Shown here: positions 24,802-32,000 of the stretch, in pieces
How the letters are laid out: each line of letters begins with the position of its first letter
How positions within the stretch are numbered: position 1 is the first letter of the stretch
Program-made: the position numbers and the translations under genes
Notes under the pieces: generated by a model
Told to the model about the DNA's origin: nothing
Database searches by the model: none
Seen by the model: only the letters and a program-made list of their open reading frames with translations
DNA from: Pseudanabaena phage Pam3
Length of the DNA stretch: 32,000 nt
Reading direction: 5' to 3' (one strand)
Sequence record: ON014755.1

Positions 24802-25437
24802 ATGACACGTATGACGCATCACATTCGAGAGAAGCTGCTCAAAGACCTGATCGCGCGTTCCTTCAAGGAGCGAGCCCAGGCCCAGGTCGATGCCCAGAAG
24901 GTCTTCGCGGCGGAGGTCTACAAGGCCTGCTTCACGGAGAAGGAGCACAAGCTGATGGCTTCGCTTCCGAAGGGCTGGCTGGTCATGGACGATGACATCA
25001 AGGTGCAGATTGCGCACGAGGTTCGCACGTTCCATTTCAGCGGCTCGGGCGGCAACAGCTATCTCCCTTCGGAGCTGAGCATGGCCGGCGCGGAGCTGGA
25101 ACACCTTCGCTTTCCGATCCCCTACAACAAGTACATTGGGTCACCTGTCGTTGCCATCTTCGACGCGGATCACCCGATCCGGGCGATGTTCGATGAGCTG
25201 GAGAACGCTCGCAGGGACTTGGTTGCCGAGATCAGCAAGGCGATCACGGCGACGAAGAAGGTGCTGGAGAGCGTCGGCAGCGTCAAGAAGCTGATCGAGG
25301 TCTGGCCCGAGGTCGAAGCCTTTGCCCGGCCCTATCAGACGGAGGGCGAGCGTCGCGCGATCCTTCCGGCGATCCCGCGCGAACAGATCAACGCAATGCT
25401 CGGGCTCCCGCCCAGCCCCCAGGAGGCCATCCAGTGA
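24802..25437 (+). CDS. Nucleotide modification associated domain 5 (Nmad5)-like protein
   Basis: 211 aa 'MTRMTHHIREKLLKDLIARSFKERAQAQVDAQKVFAAEVYKACF'; between kinase and TS homologue. Confidence 0.5.
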   Translation: MTRMTHHIREKLLKDLIARSFKERAQAQVDAQKVFAAEVYKACFTEKEHKLMASLPKGWLVMDDDIKVQIAHEVRTFHFSGSGGNSYLPSELSMAGAELEHLRFPIPYNKYIGSPVVAIFDADHPIRAMFDELENARRDLVAEISKAITATKKVLESVGSVKKLIEVWPEVEAFARPYQTEGERRAILPAIPREQINAMLGLPPSPQEAIQ

Positions 25438-26471
25438 TCACCATCGACGCCCGCAACGTGAACTACGCGCTCCACGCAGGGGCGGAACTGATCCGCCAAC
25501 TCGGCGTCCAGAGCCCGAGCCGCAACGGCCCGGTGCTCGTGGCGCCGGAGCCGGTCACCACCGTCTACCAGAAGCCGGATGAGCGCGTCATGCTCCATCC
25601 CGAGCGCGACGCCAACCCCTTCTTCCATCTCTATGAGGCGCTGTGGATGCTCGCCGGCCGCAACGACCTCGCCCCGCTGAAGGAGTACGTCGCGCGGATG
25701 GCCGACTTCAGCGACGACGGCGGCAAGACGCAGCCCGGGGCTTACGGCTACCGCTGGCGCCGGCACTTCAAGATGGACCAGATCGCCTGGGCCGTCTCCC
25801 GGCTCCAGGCCGATCCGAACGACCGCCGGGTGGTGATCCAGATGTGGGACGCCAACACGGACATTCCGGCGGCGGACGCGGGCGGCAAGGACGTTCCCTG
25901 CAACCTGATGCTCCTCCCGGCCGTGCGCGAAGGTCGCCTGGACATCACCGTCTTCTGTCGGTCCAACGACATGATCTGGGGCGCTTACGGCGCCAACGCG
26001 GTCCACTTCTCCTTCTTGCAGGAGTACATGGCCCGCTGTCTCGGGCTCCCCGTTGGGCGTTACTTCCAGATCGCCAACAACTTCCACGCCTATCTCGCGA
26101 CGCTGGACAAGGCCCAGACGGCCTGGCCGTTCGGCACCGGCGGCGATCCCTACACGCGGGGCAATGCTCGGCCGTTCCCGATCTGTGACGGTCGGCTGAA
26201 CAAGGCGGAGTTCAAGGAAGACCTCGGCATGTTCATGGAAGACCCGGCCCGGGTCGGCATCCGCTCCCCGTTCCTGAAGCGCGTCGCGCTTCCGATGGTG
26301 ATGTCGCATCGCTGCTGGAAGCGGGAGAAGAACCTGGGCGCGGCGCTTGAAATCCTGAACCAGATGCCCGAGTGGTGCGACTGGAAGCAGGCCGGCGAGC
26401 TGTGGCTGCTCGCCCGCGACCGGAAGCTCCAGGCCATCACCGACGGAGGATCGCAGCATGCAACTGGTTGA
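25434..26471 (+). CDS. Thymidylate synthase homologue, putative dUMP hydroxymethyltransferase
   Basis: 'GYRWR', 'DRRVVIQMWDANTD', 'VPCNLMLLPAVREGRLDITVFCRSNDMIWGAYGANAVHFSFLQEYMA', 'FQIANNFHAYL'. Confidence 0.8.
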   Translation: MITIDARNVNYALHAGAELIRQLGVQSPSRNGPVLVAPEPVTTVYQKPDERVMLHPERDANPFFHLYEALWMLAGRNDLAPLKEYVARMADFSDDGGKTQPGAYGYRWRRHFKMDQIAWAVSRLQADPNDRRVVIQMWDANTDIPAADAGGKDVPCNLMLLPAVREGRLDITVFCRSNDMIWGAYGANAVHFSFLQEYMARCLGLPVGRYFQIANNFHAYLATLDKAQTAWPFGTGGDPYTRGNARPFPICDGRLNKAEFKEDLGMFMEDPARVGIRSPFLKRVALPMVMSHRCWKREKNLGAALEILNQMPEWCDWKQAGELWLLARDRKLQAITDGGSQHATG

Positions 26472-26985
26472 TCGCATCAGGGCTGTGCGGGAAGCGGCTG
26501 CGGTGCAGCGCTGCCATACCGTACCCCATCTGAGCAGCTACTCCAACGGAGCGCACACCTACGGCGTGTGCGTTCTCCTCCGGCTCCTCTGGCCTGACGA
26601 GCCTCACCTGGTGGACTTCGCACTGTTCCATGATACGCCCGAGCGGTGGACCGGCGACGTGCCCAGCCAGGTGATCAATCGCCACAACGACCTTCGGGAT
26701 GCTCTGGCCCGGGAAGACGAGCGGATCAGCGGCCGGCTCCACCTCCCCTGCGAGCACGCGCTGGACTTTGAGAGCTTCATCAAGCTCAAGGCCTGCGACC
26801 GGCTGGAGCTGTGGCTGTGGACCTGGGAGGAGGAAGCGTTGGGGAACAAGCATGTTCTGAACATGCGGGCCTCTCTGGACGCTACCTTCGCGGACCCGGG
26901 ATCGCAGACGCCTTCCCAAGTACTGGACCTGATCTCGAAATTCCGCCACGAGGGGTGGCGGAGACTGCCGGAGGTACTATCATGA
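26458..26985 (+). CDS. HD-domain phosphohydrolase (YfbR/5'-nucleotidase-like)
   Basis: H...HD...D motif: 'GAHTYGVCVLL', 'VDFALFHDTPERWTGDVPSQVI', 'KACDRLELWLW'. Confidence 0.7.
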   Translation: MQLVDRIRAVREAAAVQRCHTVPHLSSYSNGAHTYGVCVLLRLLWPDEPHLVDFALFHDTPERWTGDVPSQVINRHNDLRDALAREDERISGRLHLPCEHALDFESFIKLKACDRLELWLWTWEEEALGNKHVLNMRASLDATFADPGSQTPSQVLDLISKFRHEGWRRLPEVLS

Positions 26986-27422
26986 GTGACGGAATGACGG
27001 ACAAGCGGGGACAGGCCGACGCCGCGCGCGCCGAGCAACCGATTGCCAAGTTCACGGATCACATCACCTTCCTGGATGAGGTGGCCCGTGACGATGTGCG
27101 AGCGGTCGAGATTGCCGAACAGGCTTACGGCTCCTCCTGGAAGAAGCGCGGCGGCGTCGGCGCGTTCATGATGCTGTCCCGGAAATGGGACCGTATCGAG
27201 AACGCGCTGCGGCCTCACGCGGATGACGATGCGCTCGCCAATCTCTCCGGCTCGCTCCGGGATCGCAAGGTGGCTCCCTGGGACATCTTCGGGGCCATCG
27301 TCGCGGACCCGAGGCCCGAGGGGATCATTGACGACATCCGCGACCTCCGGCGCTACCTGCTGTTGGTCGAGAGCGAGATGCGCGCTCGGGGAGCTATCAG
27401 TGCTCAGTCCCGAAACCGTTGA
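26982..27422 (+). CDS. Hypothetical protein
   Basis: 146 aa from ATG 26982, ATGA overlap with the HD gene. Confidence 0.5.
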   Translation: MSDGMTDKRGQADAARAEQPIAKFTDHITFLDEVARDDVRAVEIAEQAYGSSWKKRGGVGAFMMLSRKWDRIENALRPHADDDALANLSGSLRDRKVAPWDIFGAIVADPRPEGIIDDIRDLRRYLLLVESEMRARGAISAQSRNR

Positions 27423-27693
27423 CCGCGTCATCGCGGCCGTCGCGAAGGAGATGGGCGTGAGCCGGGAGATGATCCTGGCTCCGTCCCGATCCTCCGCGAA
27501 CGTCGCGAGGGCTCGCCAGATGGCTGTCTTCATTCTCTGGAAGGCGGCGGGCGAGCCGAGCTGGTCCGCTCTGGGCCGGGTCTTCGGCCGGGATCGGACA
27601 ACCATTCGTCACGCTGTGAAGACGATCCTCTCAGCTCCCGCCGACAGCACGCTATGGAGACTTGTCGATGAGTGCTCAACTCCCGCTCTTTGA
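27400..27693 (+). CDS. DnaA domain IV-like DNA-binding protein
   Basis: 'SREMILAPSRSSANVARARQMAVFILWKAAGEPSWSALGRVFGRDRTTIRHAVKTI' resembles the DnaA C-terminal signature (..FG.RDHTTV.HA). Start probably GTG 27400. Confidence 0.65.
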   Translation: MLSPETVDRVIAAVAKEMGVSREMILAPSRSSANVARARQMAVFILWKAAGEPSWSALGRVFGRDRTTIRHAVKTILSAPADSTLWRLVDECSTPAL

Positions 27694-29716
27694 GCCTGAG
27701 AGCGGCTGGCGAGCCCCGAACCTGGACGACTTGCCCCAAGACTGGGGCAAGGGTCGGATCGGGATTGACACTGAGACCCGCGATGAGACGCTCACGACCC
27801 TCGGGCCAGGCGTCCGTCGCGGCGGCTACGTCGCTGGCGTGAGCGTCGCAATCGAGGACGGCCCGGACTTCTACTTGCCAATCAGACACGCCGGAGGCGG
27901 CAACCTGGAGGAGCAGCCGGCGCTTCGCTACCTGCGCTCGATGGCTTCCAAGTTCAGCGGAACGGTCTGCGGCGCCAATCTCGGCTATGACCTGGACTTC
28001 CTCGCTGAGGAGGGAATCACGTTCAGCAATGCTCAGTGGTTCCGCGACGTTCAGGTGGCCGATCCCCTGATCAACGAGCTTCACCACAGCTACAGCATGG
28101 AGGCTATCGCCTCTCGCTGGGACATGCCAGGGAAAGACGAGACGCTTCTGATGGAAGCTCTCGCCGCATACGGCTACAAGGGCTCGAAAGCCAAAGGTGG
28201 CATCTGGGCGCTCCCGGCTCGGCATGTCGGACCTTACGCCCAACAGGACGCCCGGCTTCCGCTCGCGATCCTCCGTCGGCAGGAGCGAGTGATTGAGGAG
28301 CAAGACCTGTGGGAGGTCTACAACCTTGAGAGCCGCGTCCTGCCTGTGCTCGTCAAGATGCGGCGGCGAGGGGTGGCCGTCTCCCTGGATCGACTTGAGC
28401 AGGTGGACCGCTGGGCACGGGAGCAGCAGCAACTGGCCATCGACGCGGCGAACGATCATCTGACCGGGCTCCGGCTCTCATTCCACGATATCACGAAGAC
28501 CGAAGTGCTTGGGCGCGTCCTGAAGTCTCTGGGCGTCCAGCTTCCGAAGACGGCGAAGGGCAAGGACAGCGTCACAGCAGCGGTCCTTGAGGGCCTGCAC
28601 CATCCGATTGGTGACGCGCTCCGCCGGGCGAAGAAGATGTCTACGCTCAGGACAACCTTTTGCGACGGCGTGAAGCACCACTTGACCCAGGGCCGCATTC
28701 ACTGCACCTTCAATCAGCTCCGCCGTCAGAAGGATGACGGCTCGGATGAGACGGAGGGCGCGGCGTTTGGCCGGCTCTCCTCTGCCAACCCGAACCTCCA
28801 GAACCAGCCGGCCCGCGATCCCGAGATTGGACCGCTGTGGCGATCAATCTACATCCCGGATTACGGCTGCGAGTGGGCGTCTCTCGACTATTCCCAGCAG
28901 GAGCCCAGGCAGGCGGTCCACTCAGCTATCGAGGCCGGCCCGAGCGTCATTGGACAGGCCGCATACGACAGCGCCATGGAAGCCGCCCGGCGCTACCGGG
29001 AAGACCCCAAGATGGACTTCCACGACATGATGACCCGGATGGTCAATGGCGAGGATTACGAGGCGAAACACGGCAAGGACGCTTTCAAGCAGAAGCGCAA
29101 GTACGCCAAGAACATCTTTCTCGGGCTCTCCTACGGCATGGGCGGCGGCAAGCTGTGTAGAGACCTGGGCTTGCCGTCCGCCTGGCGTCTTAGCTGGACG
29201 GAGGGCCGGAAGCGGCGCTTCAAGGACTTCGAGACCCGGGAGGCCGTCGCAGACGCCGCAACGCGTGGCCGGGAAGCCGGCTACCGGGTCAGTTACTGGG
29301 AGGTCGCCGGAGCGGAAGGCCAGGCCATCATCGACCAGTTCGATGCGCAGGTGCCCTTCGTCCGTCAGATGGCAACGCATATGCAGGGCCTCGCCGCAAA
29401 GCAGGGCTACATCCTCACGCTCTCGGGCCGGCGCTGCCGCTTCCCGATGAAGGATGATGGTGAGTACGATTGGCTGCACAAGGCGTTCAATCGACGCATC
29501 CAGGGCGGATCGGCGGACCAGACGAAGATGGCCCTGGTTGCGATGGACGAGGCCGGATGGCCGCTCCAGCTCCAGGTTCACGACGAGGTTGACGGCTCCG
29601 TGGAGAGCCGGAAGCAGGCTGAGGAAGGAGCCGAGATCATGTGCAACGTCGTGAAGCTCCATGTTCCTATGAAGGTGGACGTGGAGATTGGCCCGAGCTG
29701 GGGAGAGGCTGCATGA
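27668..29716 (+). CDS. DNA polymerase, family A, with 3'-5' exonuclease domain
   Basis: Exo I 'IGIDTETRDE'; motif A 'ASLDYSQQEPRQAVH'; motif B 'KRKYAKNIFLGLSYGMG'; motif C 'LQLQVHDEVDGSV'. Start at ATG 27668. Confidence 0.92.
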   Translation: MSAQLPLFEPESGWRAPNLDDLPQDWGKGRIGIDTETRDETLTTLGPGVRRGGYVAGVSVAIEDGPDFYLPIRHAGGGNLEEQPALRYLRSMASKFSGTVCGANLGYDLDFLAEEGITFSNAQWFRDVQVADPLINELHHSYSMEAIASRWDMPGKDETLLMEALAAYGYKGSKAKGGIWALPARHVGPYAQQDARLPLAILRRQERVIEEQDLWEVYNLESRVLPVLVKMRRRGVAVSLDRLEQVDRWAREQQQLAIDAANDHLTGLRLSFHDITKTEVLGRVLKSLGVQLPKTAKGKDSVTAAVLEGLHHPIGDALRRAKKMSTLRTTFCDGVKHHLTQGRIHCTFNQLRRQKDDGSDETEGAAFGRLSSANPNLQNQPARDPEIGPLWRSIYIPDYGCEWASLDYSQQEPRQAVHSAIEAGPSVIGQAAYDSAMEAARRYREDPKMDFHDMMTRMVNGEDYEAKHGKDAFKQKRKYAKNIFLGLSYGMGGGKLCRDLGLPSAWRLSWTEGRKRRFKDFETREAVADAATRGREAGYRVSYWEVAGAEGQAIIDQFDAQVPFVRQMATHMQGLAAKQGYILTLSGRRCRFPMKDDGEYDWLHKAFNRRIQGGSADQTKMALVAMDEAGWPLQLQVHDEVDGSVESRKQAEEGAEIMCNVVKLHVPMKVDVEIGPSWGEAA

Positions 29717-30129
29717 CCCCGACGCAGCTTTGTCGCTACGCCGCGACCGGATCGCGCGACCCGTCCACGAAGGTCGGCGCAGTCGTCACCAACGCCGACG
29801 GCCTGATCGTCGGCGGCGGCTTCAACGACTTCCCACCCGGCATCCCGGATCACTGGTGGGAGGATCGTGAGCTGAAGTATCGAGGCGTGGTCCATGCGGA
29901 AGCCAACGCGATCCTGGAGGCCGGCCGGTTCCACTGCCTTGGCGGAACGATCTATGTGAGCGCCCACCCCTGCCGTGACTGCGCCAAGCTGATCGTCGCC
30001 TCCGGGCTCAAGAAGGTGGTCTGCCCCAGCGGTCCCTGGAGGGACGATCCGGCGATCATCGCGACGGTGAACGACGCGGCTGAGCTCCTTCAGCTGTGCG
30101 GTATCGAGATGGAGGAGATTGGCGAATGA
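29713..30129 (+). CDS. Deoxycytidylate (dCMP) deaminase
   Basis: 'SRDPSTKVGAVV', 'VVHAEANAIL', 'SAHPCRDCAKLIVASGLKKVV'. Confidence 0.88.
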   Translation: MTPTQLCRYAATGSRDPSTKVGAVVTNADGLIVGGGFNDFPPGIPDHWWEDRELKYRGVVHAEANAILEAGRFHCLGGTIYVSAHPCRDCAKLIVASGLKKVVCPSGPWRDDPAIIATVNDAAELLQLCGIEMEEIGE

Positions 30130-30521
30130 CCTTCCTGGACTTTCAGCGGGGCGTCCGCGTATGGATGCGCAAGGTCTTCAGCAAGAAGACCACGGAGAAC
30201 CAGCGCGAGCGCGCCTATCGCTTCCTGGAGGAGGCGCTGGAACTGTTTCAGTCGCTCGATATGGAGCAGGGCGAAGCCCACGAGCTGGTGCGCTACGTCT
30301 TCGGCCGGCCGAAGGGCGAACCGTTCCAGGAGGTCGGCGGCGTCATGATTACGCTCGCTGCGCTCTGCAACGCGACCGACATCATCATGGAGCTGGCCGG
30401 CGAGGCTGAGCTGTCTCGGGTCAACGACCCCGAGGTCATCGCCAAGATCATGGCGAAGCGCGCGACCCGGGCGGTTCCCGGCGATTACAAGGGCGAGCCT
30501 GATGCCTCAGACAACGCCTGA
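30126..30521 (+). CDS. MazG-like / NTP pyrophosphohydrolase-like protein
   Basis: 'RAYRFLEEALELFQSLDMEQGEAHELVRYVFGRPKGEPFQEVGGVMITLAALCNATDI' all-helical MazG-like pattern. Confidence 0.65.
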   Translation: MTFLDFQRGVRVWMRKVFSKKTTENQRERAYRFLEEALELFQSLDMEQGEAHELVRYVFGRPKGEPFQEVGGVMITLAALCNATDIIMELAGEAELSRVNDPEVIAKIMAKRATRAVPGDYKGEPDASDNA

Positions 30522-30717
30522 ACGCGCGGCCCGCTGGCCGGGCGGAGACCAAGAAGCCATCGGATGTCTTGAGGACGGAGGCTGGATGCTTTCCCGGGAC
30601 GGAAAATGGCAGTGGACCCACCCCGATCCGACAAGGAAGCCGACTGGTCGCGAAATCGACGCAGCCGTGTACCTGATTGAAGAATGGGACTTTGGAGGCA
30701 TGATCTATGCCGAGTGA
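30502..30717 (+). CDS. Hypothetical protein
   Basis: 71 aa, overlaps both neighbours slightly. Confidence 0.45.
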   Translation: MPQTTPERAARWPGGDQEAIGCLEDGGWMLSRDGKWQWTHPDPTRKPTGREIDAAVYLIEEWDFGGMIYAE

Positions 30718-31120
30718 AAGCCAGCTGTGGCAGGTATTGCGTCCGCACATGGCGAAGCTCGGGATGGACCCGGTGAGGGTGGAAAACCACGCCCTCCCGG
30801 GGACACCCGATGTCAATTTCATCGAAGGCTGGGTGGAGCTGAAACACGCCGACAGCTGGCCGGTTCGCGGCGGACCATTACGTCTCGGCCATCCGCCGAC
30901 GCCTGAACAGAAGGTCTGGCTTGCCCGGCGCTGGCACGTCGGCGGAAACTGCGGACTGGTTCTGCGCGTCGGTCGAGAGTGGTTCCTGTTCAGAGGTTGC
31001 GATGTCCGCTCCCTCTGGGCTGGGCATCCGCTTCGCTCCGATCTGGAAGCTGCGGCCGTGGTTCACACGACCAATCCCCGAGAGCTTGCTGAAAGACTGA
31101 AGAATGTCCGTGAAGCCTGA
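30707..31120 (+). CDS. VRR-NUC / PD-(D/E)xK nuclease-like protein
   Basis: 'RVENHALPGTPDVNFIEGWVELKHAD' = D..ExK core; 137 aa. Confidence 0.6.
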   Translation: MPSESQLWQVLRPHMAKLGMDPVRVENHALPGTPDVNFIEGWVELKHADSWPVRGGPLRLGHPPTPEQKVWLARRWHVGGNCGLVLRVGREWFLFRGCDVRSLWAGHPLRSDLEAAAVVHTTNPRELAERLKNVREA

Positions 31121-32000
31121 GACGTCATCTGCCCTCGCCTTCCTCCAGGCCTGGGCTCCCGAAGGTCCGTGGGTGCTCACGTCGATCTTCCCGGACGGCG
31201 GGAAGACGACCACGGCCACGTTCAAAGTATCGGACGTGGACAAAGCTCGGGAGTGGATTGAGGAACGTCAGGGAAGACAGAATATCTACTTCACTGTCAA
31301 CCCGGTCATCAAGTCAATCCAAATCAAGCCCAAGAAGACCGACATACGGGGTATGGCGGCGCTGCATGTTGACGTTGATCCCCGGGCCGGCGAAGACCTG
31401 GAGAGCGAGCGGACCCGCGCGCTGAAGATGCTGCGAGCGTTCAATCCAGCTCCCACGGTCATCATCGACAGCGGCGGCGGCTTTCAGGGCTTCTGGCTGC
31501 TCGACCAGGAGCAGAAGACGGACGGCGATGAGGCCCGGGCGGAGGAGCTGGAGGCGTACAACATCCAGATCGCCGTCATGCTCCAGGCAGACGCCTGCCA
31601 CAACATCGACCGCATCATGCGTCTCCCCGGGACGATCAACGTGCCGGGTGAGAAGAAGCGGAAGAAGGGGCGTCAGGAGGCCCTGGCCCGTGTCGTGGAC
31701 CAGGACTGGGATCGCATCTACAGCCTGAAGGAGTTCACCGCCGCTCCGCGCGTCCAGGCTCGGGGCGACAAGCCCGGCCTCCAGGTCAAGCTCTCGGGCA
31801 ATCTCCCGCGCATCGAGAGCCTGGACGAGCTTCCGGCGGGCGTCTCCTCCCGGACGAAGGCCCTCATCGTCAACGGCGACGATCCCGACGACCCGACGCG
31901 CTACGGCTCGCGATCCGAGGCGACCTGGGCCGTTCTCTGCGAGCTGGTCCGGGCCGGGGTGGAGGACGACGTGATTGCGTCGATCCTGCTGGACCCGGAC
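31104..32000 (+). CDS. RepB-like DNA primase / primase-helicase, 3' partial
   Basis: Read directly (not in the ORF track because it runs off the window): MSVKPETSSALAFLQAWAPEGPWVLTSIFPDGGKTTTATF...GMAALHVDVDPRAGE...APTVIIDSGGGFQGFWLL...NIDRIMRLPGTINVPG; DxD and 'SGGG.Q.FWLL' match RepB/AEP primases. Confidence 0.7.
   Translation, partial: MSVKPETSSALAFLQAWAPEGPWVLTSIFPDGGKTTTATFKVSDVDKAREWIEERQGRQNIYFTVNPVIKSIQIKPKKTDIRGMAALHVDVDPRAGEDLESERTRALKMLRAFNPAPTVIIDSGGGFQGFWLLDQEQKTDGDEARAEELEAYNIQIAVMLQADACHNIDRIMRLPGTINVPGEKKRKKGRQEALARVVDQDWDRIYSLKEFTAAPRVQARGDKPGLQVKLSGNLPRIESLDELPAGVSSRTKALIVNGDDPDDPTRYGSRSEATWAVLCELVRAGVEDDVIASILLDPD

Noticed and set aside
18912-26471. Alternative reading of the cluster as a host defence or metabolic island
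   Set aside because: Embedded co-directionally and with overlapping genes between phage replication genes; kinase/TS/transferase combination fits phage base hypermodification better.
25335-26477. 380-aa antisense ORF opposite the TS homologue
   Set aside because: Shadow ORF over a clear TS-family gene; no family resemblance.

Overview
32 kb of a tailed (contractile, myovirus-like) phage genome or prophage; every supported gene is on the + strand and gene packing is very tight, with many ATGA overlaps. Left part (1-7052): baseplate genes (hub, spike, W/gp46-like, J, DUF2612-like), a Gly-rich fibre, an accessory tail protein, and a lysis cassette (M15 peptidase endolysin, holin, XhlA-like protein, membrane protein). 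A ~325 bp AT-richer regulatory region (7053-7376) leads into a replication/nucleotide/DNA-modification half: SNF2 helicase, two proteins with SSB-like acidic C-termini, RecD/Dda-like helicase, class II ribonucleotide reductase, MTase-like protein, DUF2786 protein, stand-alone topoisomerase VI-A/Spo11-like protein, PLP enzyme, HNH, radical SAM, Tad2/DUF2829-like protein, amino acid:DNA transferase (aGPT-Pplase-like), 5-hmdU DNA kinase-like P-loop protein plus kinase helical-domain protein, Nmad5-like protein, thymidylate-synthase homologue (putative dUMP hydroxymethyltransferase), HD hydrolase, DnaA domain IV-like protein, family A DNA polymerase, dCMP deaminase, MazG-like protein, VRR-NUC-like protein and a primase (truncated). 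The most exciting content is an apparently near-complete thymidine hypermodification pathway (18912-26471) in a myovirus-like background with a Tad2-like anti-Thoeris gene inside it. There are also several recurrent non-coding motifs (GAGAAATGGAGCA leader, CCGGGGATAR sites, four GGAGAACTGCAT sites). All functional names come from reading sequence motifs without database searches.
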